A stretch of 45,938 bases of DNA. Source: a virus. The translations under genes were made by a program, and so were the position numbers. Below the pieces are notes generated by a model, which ran no database searches, was not told where the DNA came from, and was given only the letters and a program-made list of their open reading frames with translations. The stretch lies in the IMG/VR virus record IMGVR_UViG_3300004481_000261, positions 1-45,938 of that record; one strand, given 5' to 3'. Position 1 is the first letter of the stretch; the number at the start of each line of letters is the position of its first letter. Shown here piece after piece: positions 17,812-25,674 of the stretch.

Positions 17812-18447
17812 ATGGAAAAAATAAACAAAATCATTGAGAGGCAAAAAGACTTCCAACGAATTGTTGGATTCCCGATTGATTCAAATCTTGAGTCAGATCG
17901 AAATGAAATGAGTGAGAAGTATATCTTCAAACTTATAGAAGAAGCAATTGAATTACGTAAAGAATTCCCTAGTGTGATGAACCCTTGGAGTAAAAAACAA
18001 AAAGAAGTAGACTTATTACGAGTGAAAGAAGAAATGTCAGACGTTCTACTATTCTTTATCAATCTTCTTGCTACTTGGAAGTTTTCATTTGAGGAGATTC
18101 TAAATGTTATTGAAGAAGTTCAGGAAAATAACTTCAGTAAAGTTGCTGAAAAGAAACTTAAGATACTTAATGAGCAGATCTTAAACATTCCAGGGTATAT
18201 TCCACTACTCGGTTATGGTAACCCTACACCTAAACGTATTCATCTCTATAAGAGTTTTAGAGATACTCACGTAATTGATGAAACTATATCATCTCGAGAG
18301 TGTTACTATACTCACCTCGTCAAGTATCTACCACCAAATAAAAACGAACCAACGGAGGATGATATATCTTTCTGGGAACCGTTTCTCGTAGAAGAAATGA
18401 AGATCGTGACAATGAATCCTGACGTTGAAATAATAAGACACTACTAA
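17812..18447 (+). CDS. All-alpha NTP pyrophosphohydrolase (MazG / dimeric dUTPase-dCTPase superfamily) with a degenerate UDG-family-4-like C-terminal segment
   Basis: KLIEEAIELRKEFP...W...EEMSDVLLFFINL matches the EExxE...E..D metal-binding helices. The C-terminus ECYYTHLVKYLPPNKNEPTEDDISFWEPFLVEEMKIV aligns by eye with the UDG4 core (Y-I-T-N-x-V-K-C-R-P-P-x-N-R-x-P). Confidence 0.6.
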   Translation: MEKINKIIERQKDFQRIVGFPIDSNLESDRNEMSEKYIFKLIEEAIELRKEFPSVMNPWSKKQKEVDLLRVKEEMSDVLLFFINLLATWKFSFEEILNVIEEVQENNFSKVAEKKLKILNEQILNIPGYIPLLGYGNPTPKRIHLYKSFRDTHVIDETISSRECYYTHLVKYLPPNKNEPTEDDISFWEPFLVEEMKIVTMNPDVEIIRHY

Positions 18448-18448
18448 C

Positions 18449-19000
18449 ATGAAACCTATTCACATTCTCATTGACGGTTCGGACAACCTTGGTAAAACTA
18501 CAGTCATTCAATTACTTTCACGTAAGTTGAATCTGCCTGTAATTAAGATGCCAAACACTGAAAAGTTCATTGAAGCAGGAAACGTTGAAGAGTTCTCTAA
18601 GTTCTACAATGAAACCCTTGTCCAGTTTAGTGAAAGTTCATTCATAATGGATAGAGGGTTTACAAGTACTCTAGTATATTCTAAAGTATTCGCTCGAAAA
18701 AATGATGTATCTTACATCGACGGTATTCAAAATAAGTTGAAACCTACAGTATTTATTCTTACTGGACGTACTAGAAAGAATTCAGCATACGGTACATTTT
18801 ACTTCACTTCATTCAGTCAAGACCCTGTCTATTCTGATACAGAAAAAACACGAATTGACGAAGAGTTCTGTGAGTTAGCTCGTAAGAAAAGTTATCATCT
18901 CATCAGTGTTATTGGAAAATCTCCACTAGAAATATGTGATGAAATCATGTCAAAGATCGATAAACCTGTAACAAACTTCTATGGAGAATCAGACTTCTAA
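18449..19000 (+). CDS. P-loop dNMP/thymidylate-kinase-like protein
   Basis: The N-terminus IHILIDGSDNLGKTTVIQLL parallels Tmk (IVIEGLEGAGKTT). The 183-aa size is typical. Confidence 0.6.
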   Translation: MKPIHILIDGSDNLGKTTVIQLLSRKLNLPVIKMPNTEKFIEAGNVEEFSKFYNETLVQFSESSFIMDRGFTSTLVYSKVFARKNDVSYIDGIQNKLKPTVFILTGRTRKNSAYGTFYFTSFSQDPVYSDTEKTRIDEEFCELARKKSYHLISVIGKSPLEICDEIMSKIDKPVTNFYGESDF

Positions 19001-19916
19001 AAAATATATCTTAGGTGGAGGTATTTCTGGATTAGTTTTTCAGTACTACAACCCAGAGTTCACAATCATCACTCCAGACATTGGAGGAATGTATGCAAAT
19101 TCGTATGTCGTATGGTTACACCAAACTGCAGAAACTCAAAAACTTCTTAGAGATCTTGGTTACCAAAACGTAGATAAACTTCATAAGAAAAGCTATATGG
19201 GTTACTACAATCAAGGGTGGATTAGTGAACAACTATCACCTGAGATGAACCTACGACTTATTCAGAAAAAAATGAGTAAGTGGGATGAACCAGTAGATAA
19301 GACGTTCATCCCTGCTAGTTATGATATGTCTACGAGGTCAGCAAAATCAGTGAACTACATGAACGTCCTAGACGTTAACCCATCGGAAATAATTAAAAAA
19401 TTAGATGAACAACACGGAAACATCATCAATGGGATTGTTACAAAAATTACACCCACAACAATTACTTATCAATCGAATGGTGAACTTATTGAAGTTGAAT
19501 ATGACGAACTCATCTCAACTATACCTGCACCCTTCTTTTGGAAAGCCTATGGAGATGAAAGAAACTTCAGATACGAACCAATAACGAATATCATTACTAC
19601 TGTAAAGCCAAAGGAGTTCAATGATAAATTCGAAATGGTTTATTACGGAGATGAAGTATCGTTCACTCGTATCTCACATCTACAGGGTAAGTATGCGATA
19701 GAGTTTACAGGGGAAATAACTAAGGAGCAGTTTGAAGAATTGTTCCCAGAGTATCCTGTAGACAAGGTCGTACTTATTAAGCAAGGCAGAATCTTCAAAG
19801 AAGAGAATGAACCACCACAGAACAATATCACTTTTCTAGGCAGATTCGGTAAATGGGAATTCGGAATTACTACAGAGCACATTATTAAAGAAAGTATAGA
19901 ATACAAAAACAAATGA
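18981..19916 (+). CDS. FAD-binding flavoenzyme, UDP-galactopyranose-mutase (Glf)-like
   Basis: The N-terminus is a dinucleotide-binding fold, KYILGGGISGLVF...PDIGGMY. The C-terminus NITFLGRFGKWEFGITTEHIIKESIEY parallels the Glf C-terminus (LLGRLaeYrYydMhqvI). Confidence 0.5.
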   Translation: MENQTSKKYILGGGISGLVFQYYNPEFTIITPDIGGMYANSYVVWLHQTAETQKLLRDLGYQNVDKLHKKSYMGYYNQGWISEQLSPEMNLRLIQKKMSKWDEPVDKTFIPASYDMSTRSAKSVNYMNVLDVNPSEIIKKLDEQHGNIINGIVTKITPTTITYQSNGELIEVEYDELISTIPAPFFWKAYGDERNFRYEPITNIITTVKPKEFNDKFEMVYYGDEVSFTRISHLQGKYAIEFTGEITKEQFEELFPEYPVDKVVLIKQGRIFKEENEPPQNNITFLGRFGKWEFGITTEHIIKESIEYKNK

Positions 19917-20119
19917 AAACAAATAAATTGACAGATATTCAGAAGGACACACTTGACGTACTCAAAAACTTTAAGGAGTGGAAGATTGAACCAAAGATTG
20001 CAGACATTGCAGCAGAAATTGGTATCGGTTGGAGTTCAGCTCGTGATCGAGTAAATAGTCTCATTAAGATAAAGTTAGCAGTACGTAACAAGAAAACTAA
20101 GAAAGTTTCACTCAAATAA
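19913..20119 (+). CDS. Small winged-helix DNA-binding protein
   Basis: 68 aa. KIADIAAEIGIGWSSARDRVNSLIKIKL resembles a MarR/wHTH recognition region. Confidence 0.45.
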   Translation: MKTNKLTDIQKDTLDVLKNFKEWKIEPKIADIAAEIGIGWSSARDRVNSLIKIKLAVRNKKTKKVSLK

Positions 20120-20122
20120 TTT

Positions 20123-21031
20123 ATGCGAATTCTCATTACTGGTTCTAGCGGAATGATAGGTTCTGCCTTGGTTGATAAGTTGATCGAAGAAGGTCACGAT
20201 GTCATTGGACTCGACGAAGCTTATCCAATCTTTAACAATTACCAACCGACGATACTTCACGATCTTAGACATCAAATTGAAAACTCAAAGATTCAAGAAA
20301 GTGAAATGAAGTTTGACTTGATGATTCACTTGGCAGCAAATGCTAGAGTATATAACTCTGTGAAGAATCCTAAATTAAGTTACGACAATATCTCAATGAC
20401 TTACTGGGCACTTGAGTTTGCTCGTAAGAATCACATTCCGAAGTTTCTATTCGCTTCAAGTCGTGAGACTTACGGTAACGGAAATGAACTTCCTGTAGCA
20501 GAAGATAAATCATCACATCGTAAGACTGAGAGTCCATACACTGCAAGTAAAATATCAGGTGAAGCATATTGCTACGCTTATGCAGAATGTTATGGTATGG
20601 ACACTAAGATTATGAGATACTCTAACGTCTATGGTAAATACGACAACTCAGATCGGTTCGTACCCAAAGCCATCAAAAAGATGAAGGCAAATGAACCATT
20701 CGAAATCTGGGGAGATGGTAAGTCAATGTCATTCACTTATATTGATGATTGTATTGATGGTACAATGACTCTCATAAATAGATGGGATGAAGCTAAGGAT
20801 CGTGAGTACAACATTGCATCAGATACTCAAGATAGTCTCATTAGTGTAGCAGAGAGAATCAAGAAAGAACTTTTCTCATCTTCAGGTATTCTTATTACTG
20901 ATAACCTCGTAGGTGAAGTTATGAACTTTCAAGCAGATATTACAAAAATGAAGAACCTTGGTTGGACCCCGAAAGTCTCAATCGAAGAAGGAATAAATAA
21001 ATCAATCAACTGGTATGCCTCACAATCCTAA
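20123..21031 (+). CDS. NAD-dependent nucleotide-sugar epimerase/dehydratase (extended SDR)
   Basis: ILITGSSGMIGSAL provides GxxGxxG, ASSRETYG the catalytic Ser/Thr, and YTASKISGE the YxxxK motif. Confidence 0.8.
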   Translation: MRILITGSSGMIGSALVDKLIEEGHDVIGLDEAYPIFNNYQPTILHDLRHQIENSKIQESEMKFDLMIHLAANARVYNSVKNPKLSYDNISMTYWALEFARKNHIPKFLFASSRETYGNGNELPVAEDKSSHRKTESPYTASKISGEAYCYAYAECYGMDTKIMRYSNVYGKYDNSDRFVPKAIKKMKANEPFEIWGDGKSMSFTYIDDCIDGTMTLINRWDEAKDREYNIASDTQDSLISVAERIKKELFSSSGILITDNLVGEVMNFQADITKMKNLGWTPKVSIEEGINKSINWYASQS

Positions 21032-22079
21032 CCTCGAACCAAAACACCACGCATTTAGAGTACTCTTTGGTCAGAAACCATTGACGAAGTTCAAGGACTA
21101 CCGCAAAGCAATTAAGGTAGAACTTCTATCACCAGAACCTAAGGAAGCAATGATGAAGAGAATCTATGATTTTGTAAAAGCTACTTGGTCAGAAGATGGA
21201 AGAGAATCAGAACGTGCAACAAAAGAAGAAATGGTAGATGCTATGAACCAGATGCTATCAGGAAAAGCACTCGGACTTGGTCTAGAGACTATCAACTTCA
21301 CTTTTAGAATTTCAGGAATCACTCGTGTAGATACTCACCAGATTGTTCGTCAGAGAATCGGTGTTACGTTCAGCCAACAGTGTACCGGAGATCGTATGAT
21401 GCACCACAATGATATTCTTACTGAAGAGTGTATCGCAGGTAGTAGTTCAATCAACGACTTCATCGAAGCAACTCTATGTAACAAAGTTACTTATGCTGAT
21501 ATGATTGACCGTGGTATTTCTATCCAAGCTGCTAGAACTATTCTTCCTCATAACTTGGAGACATTTATCTTCATGAATACTAACCTCATGACATTGATGT
21601 TCTTCCACCAGAAAAGAATTGATGATGGTAGTCAAACTTGGCAGATAAATGAAATTGCTCAGCAGATGGCTGATGTAGTCTGTGAAGCTTATCCAGAGCT
21701 CAAGGAGGTATTCGAAAAGAACAAAAAGAGGTTTAAGTTCCAGAAGGAAGCAAGTGCTGATCGTAAGAATCTTTTCTCTACAGGTCTCTATGTACCTAAA
21801 GATGATGAGTTTGAGTACCACGAACGTGACTTCCTTTACGCTAAAAAGAAGGAGGAAATGCACTTCACAAATACTCCAATCTCAACGAAATACTTCTGGG
21901 GACTTACTGAAGTTACTGCAGAGGAATACAATCTTATTCAGAATCTCTATCTAGCAAATAACAAGAGAGTTCATGAAGAACAACCGTCAAACCTAGACAT
22001 CTTCACTCTTAATAGCGATACAAACAAGAAGATAAATAAAATACTCGACAATGCTAAATCAGAAACCACAGGAATTTGA
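21015..22079 (+). CDS. Divergent flavin-dependent thymidylate-synthase (ThyX)-like protein
   Basis: AARTILPHNLETFIFMNTNLMTLMFFHQKRIDD matches the ThyX core (aR.lLP....t....t.N.R.l.hf..lR). The ThyX signature RHRxxSxxxxSxR is altered to RQRIGVTFSQQCTGDR. At 354 aa it is longer than typical ThyX. Confidence 0.6.
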   Translation: MPHNPNLEPKHHAFRVLFGQKPLTKFKDYRKAIKVELLSPEPKEAMMKRIYDFVKATWSEDGRESERATKEEMVDAMNQMLSGKALGLGLETINFTFRISGITRVDTHQIVRQRIGVTFSQQCTGDRMMHHNDILTEECIAGSSSINDFIEATLCNKVTYADMIDRGISIQAARTILPHNLETFIFMNTNLMTLMFFHQKRIDDGSQTWQINEIAQQMADVVCEAYPELKEVFEKNKKRFKFQKEASADRKNLFSTGLYVPKDDEFEYHERDFLYAKKKEEMHFTNTPISTKYFWGLTEVTAEEYNLIQNLYLANNKRVHEEQPSNLDIFTLNSDTNKKINKILDNAKSETTGI

Positions 22080-22569
22080 TACCTTCGTTGATGCCCTAAA
22101 GGCTACAATCACAGAAAAAGGTTTTAAGCAGGTAGACAATAGACTTAACCGTACTACTCAGAACCTATCTAGCCACTTCATTGAGATTAGTAATAGCAAA
22201 GTTCTAGAATGGTTACGTCGGGAAGAAGTTCTTGAAAAATATAAGGATGATTCTAAACGAATGTATTCTTCTTTCAAGAAAGCAATAGTTGAAGCAAAGA
22301 AAGACCCTAACTCTCGTAGACTAATGGTCTTCAATGATAGTCGGTTCAATGAAATCTATCAATGTTTTACTTCATTCCACTTTGTCTATACTAAAAGGAA
22401 TGAGTTTGACATGATAGTATACCAACGATCATCAGATCTTATTAAACTTAAAGACGACCTAGTTTTCTTTGCCAACCAGATGAAAAAGTTTGAACGAGGA
22501 ACTGACTATTATGTAACGAAACTTATCGTTATTTATGGCAGTATACATTACGAGATAGATGTGGTATAA
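22051..22569 (+). CDS. Miniature ThyA-family protein (thymidylate synthase / pyrimidine hydroxymethylase-like, 172 aa)
   Basis: KKDPNSRRLMVFN parallels DPDSRRIIVSAWN. QCFTSFHFVY parallels PCHAFFQFYV, which holds the catalytic Cys. IVYQRSSDL parallels LYQRSCDV. YGSIHYE parallels GGDTHLY. It is about 90 aa shorter than E. coli ThyA. Confidence 0.6.
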   Translation: MLNQKPQEFDTFVDALKATITEKGFKQVDNRLNRTTQNLSSHFIEISNSKVLEWLRREEVLEKYKDDSKRMYSSFKKAIVEAKKDPNSRRLMVFNDSRFNEIYQCFTSFHFVYTKRNEFDMIVYQRSSDLIKLKDDLVFFANQMKKFERGTDYYVTKLIVIYGSIHYEIDVV

Positions 22570-22579
22570 TTAAAGTATT

Positions 22580-24940
22580 ATGAAACAAAAAATGAGTGTG
22601 GTAAACACCTGGACTCGGTTCGATGACGTATATGTCTCATACTACGATTCGAATGGAGAAAGACAATCAACGAAAGTAAAAACAAAATGGTACTTTGTTA
22701 TTCACAACAACACTCTTGAGCAGGCATCTGAACTTCTTAAAACTTCTAGATATGTCTATGAGTTAGAAACAGGTGAAGAATATACTAAAATCTATTGTCA
22801 GAATTCAGAGACCTATAAGAAAACTGACCTAGTTGTTCTCTTAGAGAAAAATGGAATAGTAACCTTCGAAGGTGACTTAGCTACAGATAAGAGATGGTTC
22901 ATTGATAAGCAGGTAGAAATATCAGATCGTTATGAGAAACTGTACTTCGACATCGAGACTGATGACTCTCTGGAAAAAATTGAAATTGGACGAGATCGAA
23001 TTCTTAGTTTTGCTGCAATAGATGGCCACGGTAAGAAGTTCTTCATTATCTTAGAAGAACATACAGATGAAGCTGAAGCAAAAATGCTTGCCAAGGTTCT
23101 AAAGTTGATGGGTAAGTACGACATCATTCTTGGATGGAATAGTTCACTTTTTGACATTCCATATATCCGTGAAAGAGCATTCAAACTAAATACTCAAGAA
23201 AATGAACTACGTAAACTCTACTATGACAATGTTCGAACTGTAGCTAACTACGATCTTCTTAAGAGATTCAGACACATCTTCCGTTTCGATAGTCATATTA
23301 AGAAGTTCAATCTCAACTTCGTTAGTAACTACTTCATCGGTAAGGGAAAGGTAGATCACACTGGTGATAAGATTATCGATCTATGGAATAACAAAAAAGA
23401 TCTACTAAAAGAATACAACATTGAAGATGCTATCCTCGTAAAAGAATTAGATGAAAAACTTGGAGTGTCAGACATGATGATTCGACAATGTCAATGGTGT
23501 GGAGTTCCGGCAAGTCAGTTCGGTCTCTATGCTATCATTGATGCTTACATTCTAAAGATTGCTCATAGTGTCGGTAAGTATGGTAAGACATCTAATGCAG
23601 CAATTAGAGAACGGAATAAGAGTAATGTAAAGGGGAATCTAAACCCGGATGATGTTACAACTGATGAGAATAAATATCTAGGTGGATTGGTTCTAGACCC
23701 AGTAGTCGGAAAATATGACAGAGTCTATACGTTCGACTTCAAGAGTCTTTATCCCTCGATGATGAGAACCTCAAATATCGGTTACGACACTCTCAGATAC
23801 GTAGCAGATGACAACTGTATCATAAATCCAGGTACGAATGAACGACCTAGAAGGAGTGGACAAATCATTGAGACTTTCTTCGATAAGACTCCATCAGTTA
23901 TCAATCTAGCAATCACGAATCTTCTGACAAAAAGAACTGAATACAAGAAGTTAAAACTCAAGATGATCGAAGAAGGAACTAATCACGGACCATTATGGGA
24001 TCGAGTTGTCAGTGATGAGATTATCGTTAAGGAACTTGCTAACTCAACTTACGGTATTATGGGTCTAGAGTATGGAAGATACTTCGATGTAGATATTGCA
24101 GAGAGTATCACGTTATTCGGTCAATGGATTATTTCTTGGTCAAAAGACTACTTTGACAGTCTTGGTTATACTGTCATCTATGGAGATACTGACTCAGTCT
24201 TTGTATCGGTAGGTGATAGAATCTTAGACCTTGAAGAAGAACTTAGAAAGTTCCACGACGAACTTGGTAGAGTATTGAAGGAAGAATACAATGTCGATCA
24301 GAGTTACATTGTTCTTGAGTTCGACAAACAATACGAATCACTTATTCTTGTAGCAAAAAAGAGTTACGTAGGTCACGTGGTAAACATCGAAGGTAAGAAA
24401 ACTGATGATATTTACGCAAGAGGTATAGAATACGGAAAAAAGAATACGTTCAGTTTCGCCGCAGTTAAACAGAAAGAACTAGTCGAAGGGTTACTTCATA
24501 AGAAACTTGTAACATCTGAAGAAGTTATCGAATGGGTTAAAAAGACTAAAGAAGAGTTCAATTCGAAAGACTTTACAGTCGATGAACTAACTCTTACGCA
24601 GAAAGTAGGTAAACCGATCTCACAATATACTGGTAAAACTCAACCACTACATGTTCGCCTAGCTAAGGTGTTACAAGAAAAAACTAATCAAGTATTTACA
24701 AACGTAGAGATTGATTATGTAATTACTGATGCAAGTAAGGGTATGAACGGAGTACTTGCTGAAGACTATGATGGTACGTTTGCTAGAGACTATTACTGGA
24801 CAAACAAAACTCAACCGATTCTTGAAAGAATTACAGAAGTAGCATTTCCTGGTGTAGAGATCTTTGAGTTACCACCTAAGAAACCCCGCAAGACTAAGGA
24901 AAAAGACGTACAACCTTCACTTCTTGACTTAATACACTAG
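22580..24940 (+). CDS. polB: Family-B DNA polymerase
   Basis: Exo I is LYFDIETDD, Exo II is GWNSSLFDIPYI, and Exo III is YNIEDAILV. Motif A is DFKSLYPSMM, motif B is KELANSTYG, and motif C is YGDTDSVFV. Confidence 0.95.
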   Translation: MKQKMSVVNTWTRFDDVYVSYYDSNGERQSTKVKTKWYFVIHNNTLEQASELLKTSRYVYELETGEEYTKIYCQNSETYKKTDLVVLLEKNGIVTFEGDLATDKRWFIDKQVEISDRYEKLYFDIETDDSLEKIEIGRDRILSFAAIDGHGKKFFIILEEHTDEAEAKMLAKVLKLMGKYDIILGWNSSLFDIPYIRERAFKLNTQENELRKLYYDNVRTVANYDLLKRFRHIFRFDSHIKKFNLNFVSNYFIGKGKVDHTGDKIIDLWNNKKDLLKEYNIEDAILVKELDEKLGVSDMMIRQCQWCGVPASQFGLYAIIDAYILKIAHSVGKYGKTSNAAIRERNKSNVKGNLNPDDVTTDENKYLGGLVLDPVVGKYDRVYTFDFKSLYPSMMRTSNIGYDTLRYVADDNCIINPGTNERPRRSGQIIETFFDKTPSVINLAITNLLTKRTEYKKLKLKMIEEGTNHGPLWDRVVSDEIIVKELANSTYGIMGLEYGRYFDVDIAESITLFGQWIISWSKDYFDSLGYTVIYGDTDSVFVSVGDRILDLEEELRKFHDELGRVLKEEYNVDQSYIVLEFDKQYESLILVAKKSYVGHVVNIEGKKTDDIYARGIEYGKKNTFSFAAVKQKELVEGLLHKKLVTSEEVIEWVKKTKEEFNSKDFTVDELTLTQKVGKPISQYTGKTQPLHVRLAKVLQEKTNQVFTNVEIDYVITDASKGMNGVLAEDYDGTFARDYYWTNKTQPILERITEVAFPGVEIFELPPKKPRKTKEKDVQPSLLDLIH

Positions 24941-24956
24941 AATACATATTTCCTTA

Positions 24957-24987
24957 TTTGTACATATGTACAAGGTGTATAAGTTTG
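24957..24987 (+). promoter_or_regulatory. Bacteroidota-type promoter (-33 TTTG / -7 TAAGTTTG) overlapping a 16-bp perfect palindrome
   Basis: TTTG at 24957-24960 and TAAGTTTG at 24980-24987 are separated by 19 nt. The palindrome TTGTACATATGTACAA lies at 24958-24973. Confidence 0.5.
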
Positions 24988-25000
24988 GTATAATTAAAAA

Positions 25001-25213
25001 GTGGAAGTAACAATTACTACTAACAACTTCTACCAAACAATTATGAAAGAATGGAACAATGGAGTACCGATCTTAATCTCAAAGGAAAAAGAACTTGAGT
25101 TACGCAAAGCTTCAATGAAGCACGCAGAGTTTGTAAAAGGAATCATCGCAAAACTTAAAGCAGGGGTCGAATTAACACCAGAAGAAGCGTGGCACTATAA
25201 GTTACACATGTAA
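25001..25213 (+). CDS. Hypothetical protein (70 aa from GTG; alternative ATG at 25043)
   Basis: First ORF after the promoter. Confidence 0.45.
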   Translation: MEVTITTNNFYQTIMKEWNNGVPILISKEKELELRKASMKHAEFVKGIIAKLKAGVELTPEEAWHYKLHM

Positions 25214-25217
25214 TAAT

Positions 25218-25391
25218 ATGTACAATACAAAAATAAAAACTAGCATTTCTTTAGTAGAAAACAAAGGTGAAAAACTTATACAGATCTACCAAAGTACTTC
25301 ATATAATAAAAATGGTAGAAATGCATGGGACAGACAAGCAGTTTATCTTGATGCAAAACAACTAAAAAAAATTAACAAACTTACAAAATAA
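25218..25391 (+). CDS. Small hypothetical protein (57 aa, below the ORF-track cutoff)
   Basis: My translation is MYNTKIKTSISLVENKGEKLIQIYQSTSYNKNGRNAWDRQAVYLDAKQLKKINKLTK. It fills an otherwise empty gap and vaguely resembles PC4-like ssDNA-binding proteins. Confidence 0.4.
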   Translation: MYNTKIKTSISLVENKGEKLIQIYQSTSYNKNGRNAWDRQAVYLDAKQLKKINKLTK

Positions 25392-25392
25392 T

Positions 25393-25575
25393 ATGAAACT
25401 ATTCACAATGATGGTTGGAGGATTCTGGGCATTCATTATTCAATCAGTATTCTCAAACGTAGACAAGACAATTACGACAACGATGTCAGATGCCTACTTT
25501 GCTATTCTACAACTTGTAGCAATTGCAATTGCAGGATTTGTTACTATTATCATTCTTACCAACAAAGAAATCTAA
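25393..25575 (+). CDS. Small membrane protein (60 aa, two hydrophobic helices)
   Basis: Hydrophobic segments are LFTMMVGGFWAFIIQSVF and FAILQLVAIAIAGFVTIIIL. Confidence 0.5.
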   Translation: MKLFTMMVGGFWAFIIQSVFSNVDKTITTTMSDAYFAILQLVAIAIAGFVTIIILTNKEI

Positions 25576-25674
25576 ATATATGGAAAATACTACAAAGTAA
25601 TCAAAGATACATTTATCTGGGAAGAAGGTGCAATACTAAAATACGACAGAAATCTCGGAACAACTGGAGGTTAC

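Noticed and set aside
24958-24973. The 16-bp palindrome as the PolB transcription terminator
   Set aside because: The stem would be only ~6 AT-rich bp with no following T-run. Its position exactly in the spacer of a -33/-7 promoter pair favours an operator role.
25573-25575. Genome-wide stop-codon reassignment as an explanation for the open frame after this TAA
   Set aside because: Well-supported genes terminate with each of the three stop codons: TAA here, TAG at RusA (28900-28902) and TGA at the initiator (13149-13151). No long gene shows in-frame stops. At most a local readthrough or a near-cognate start is possible.
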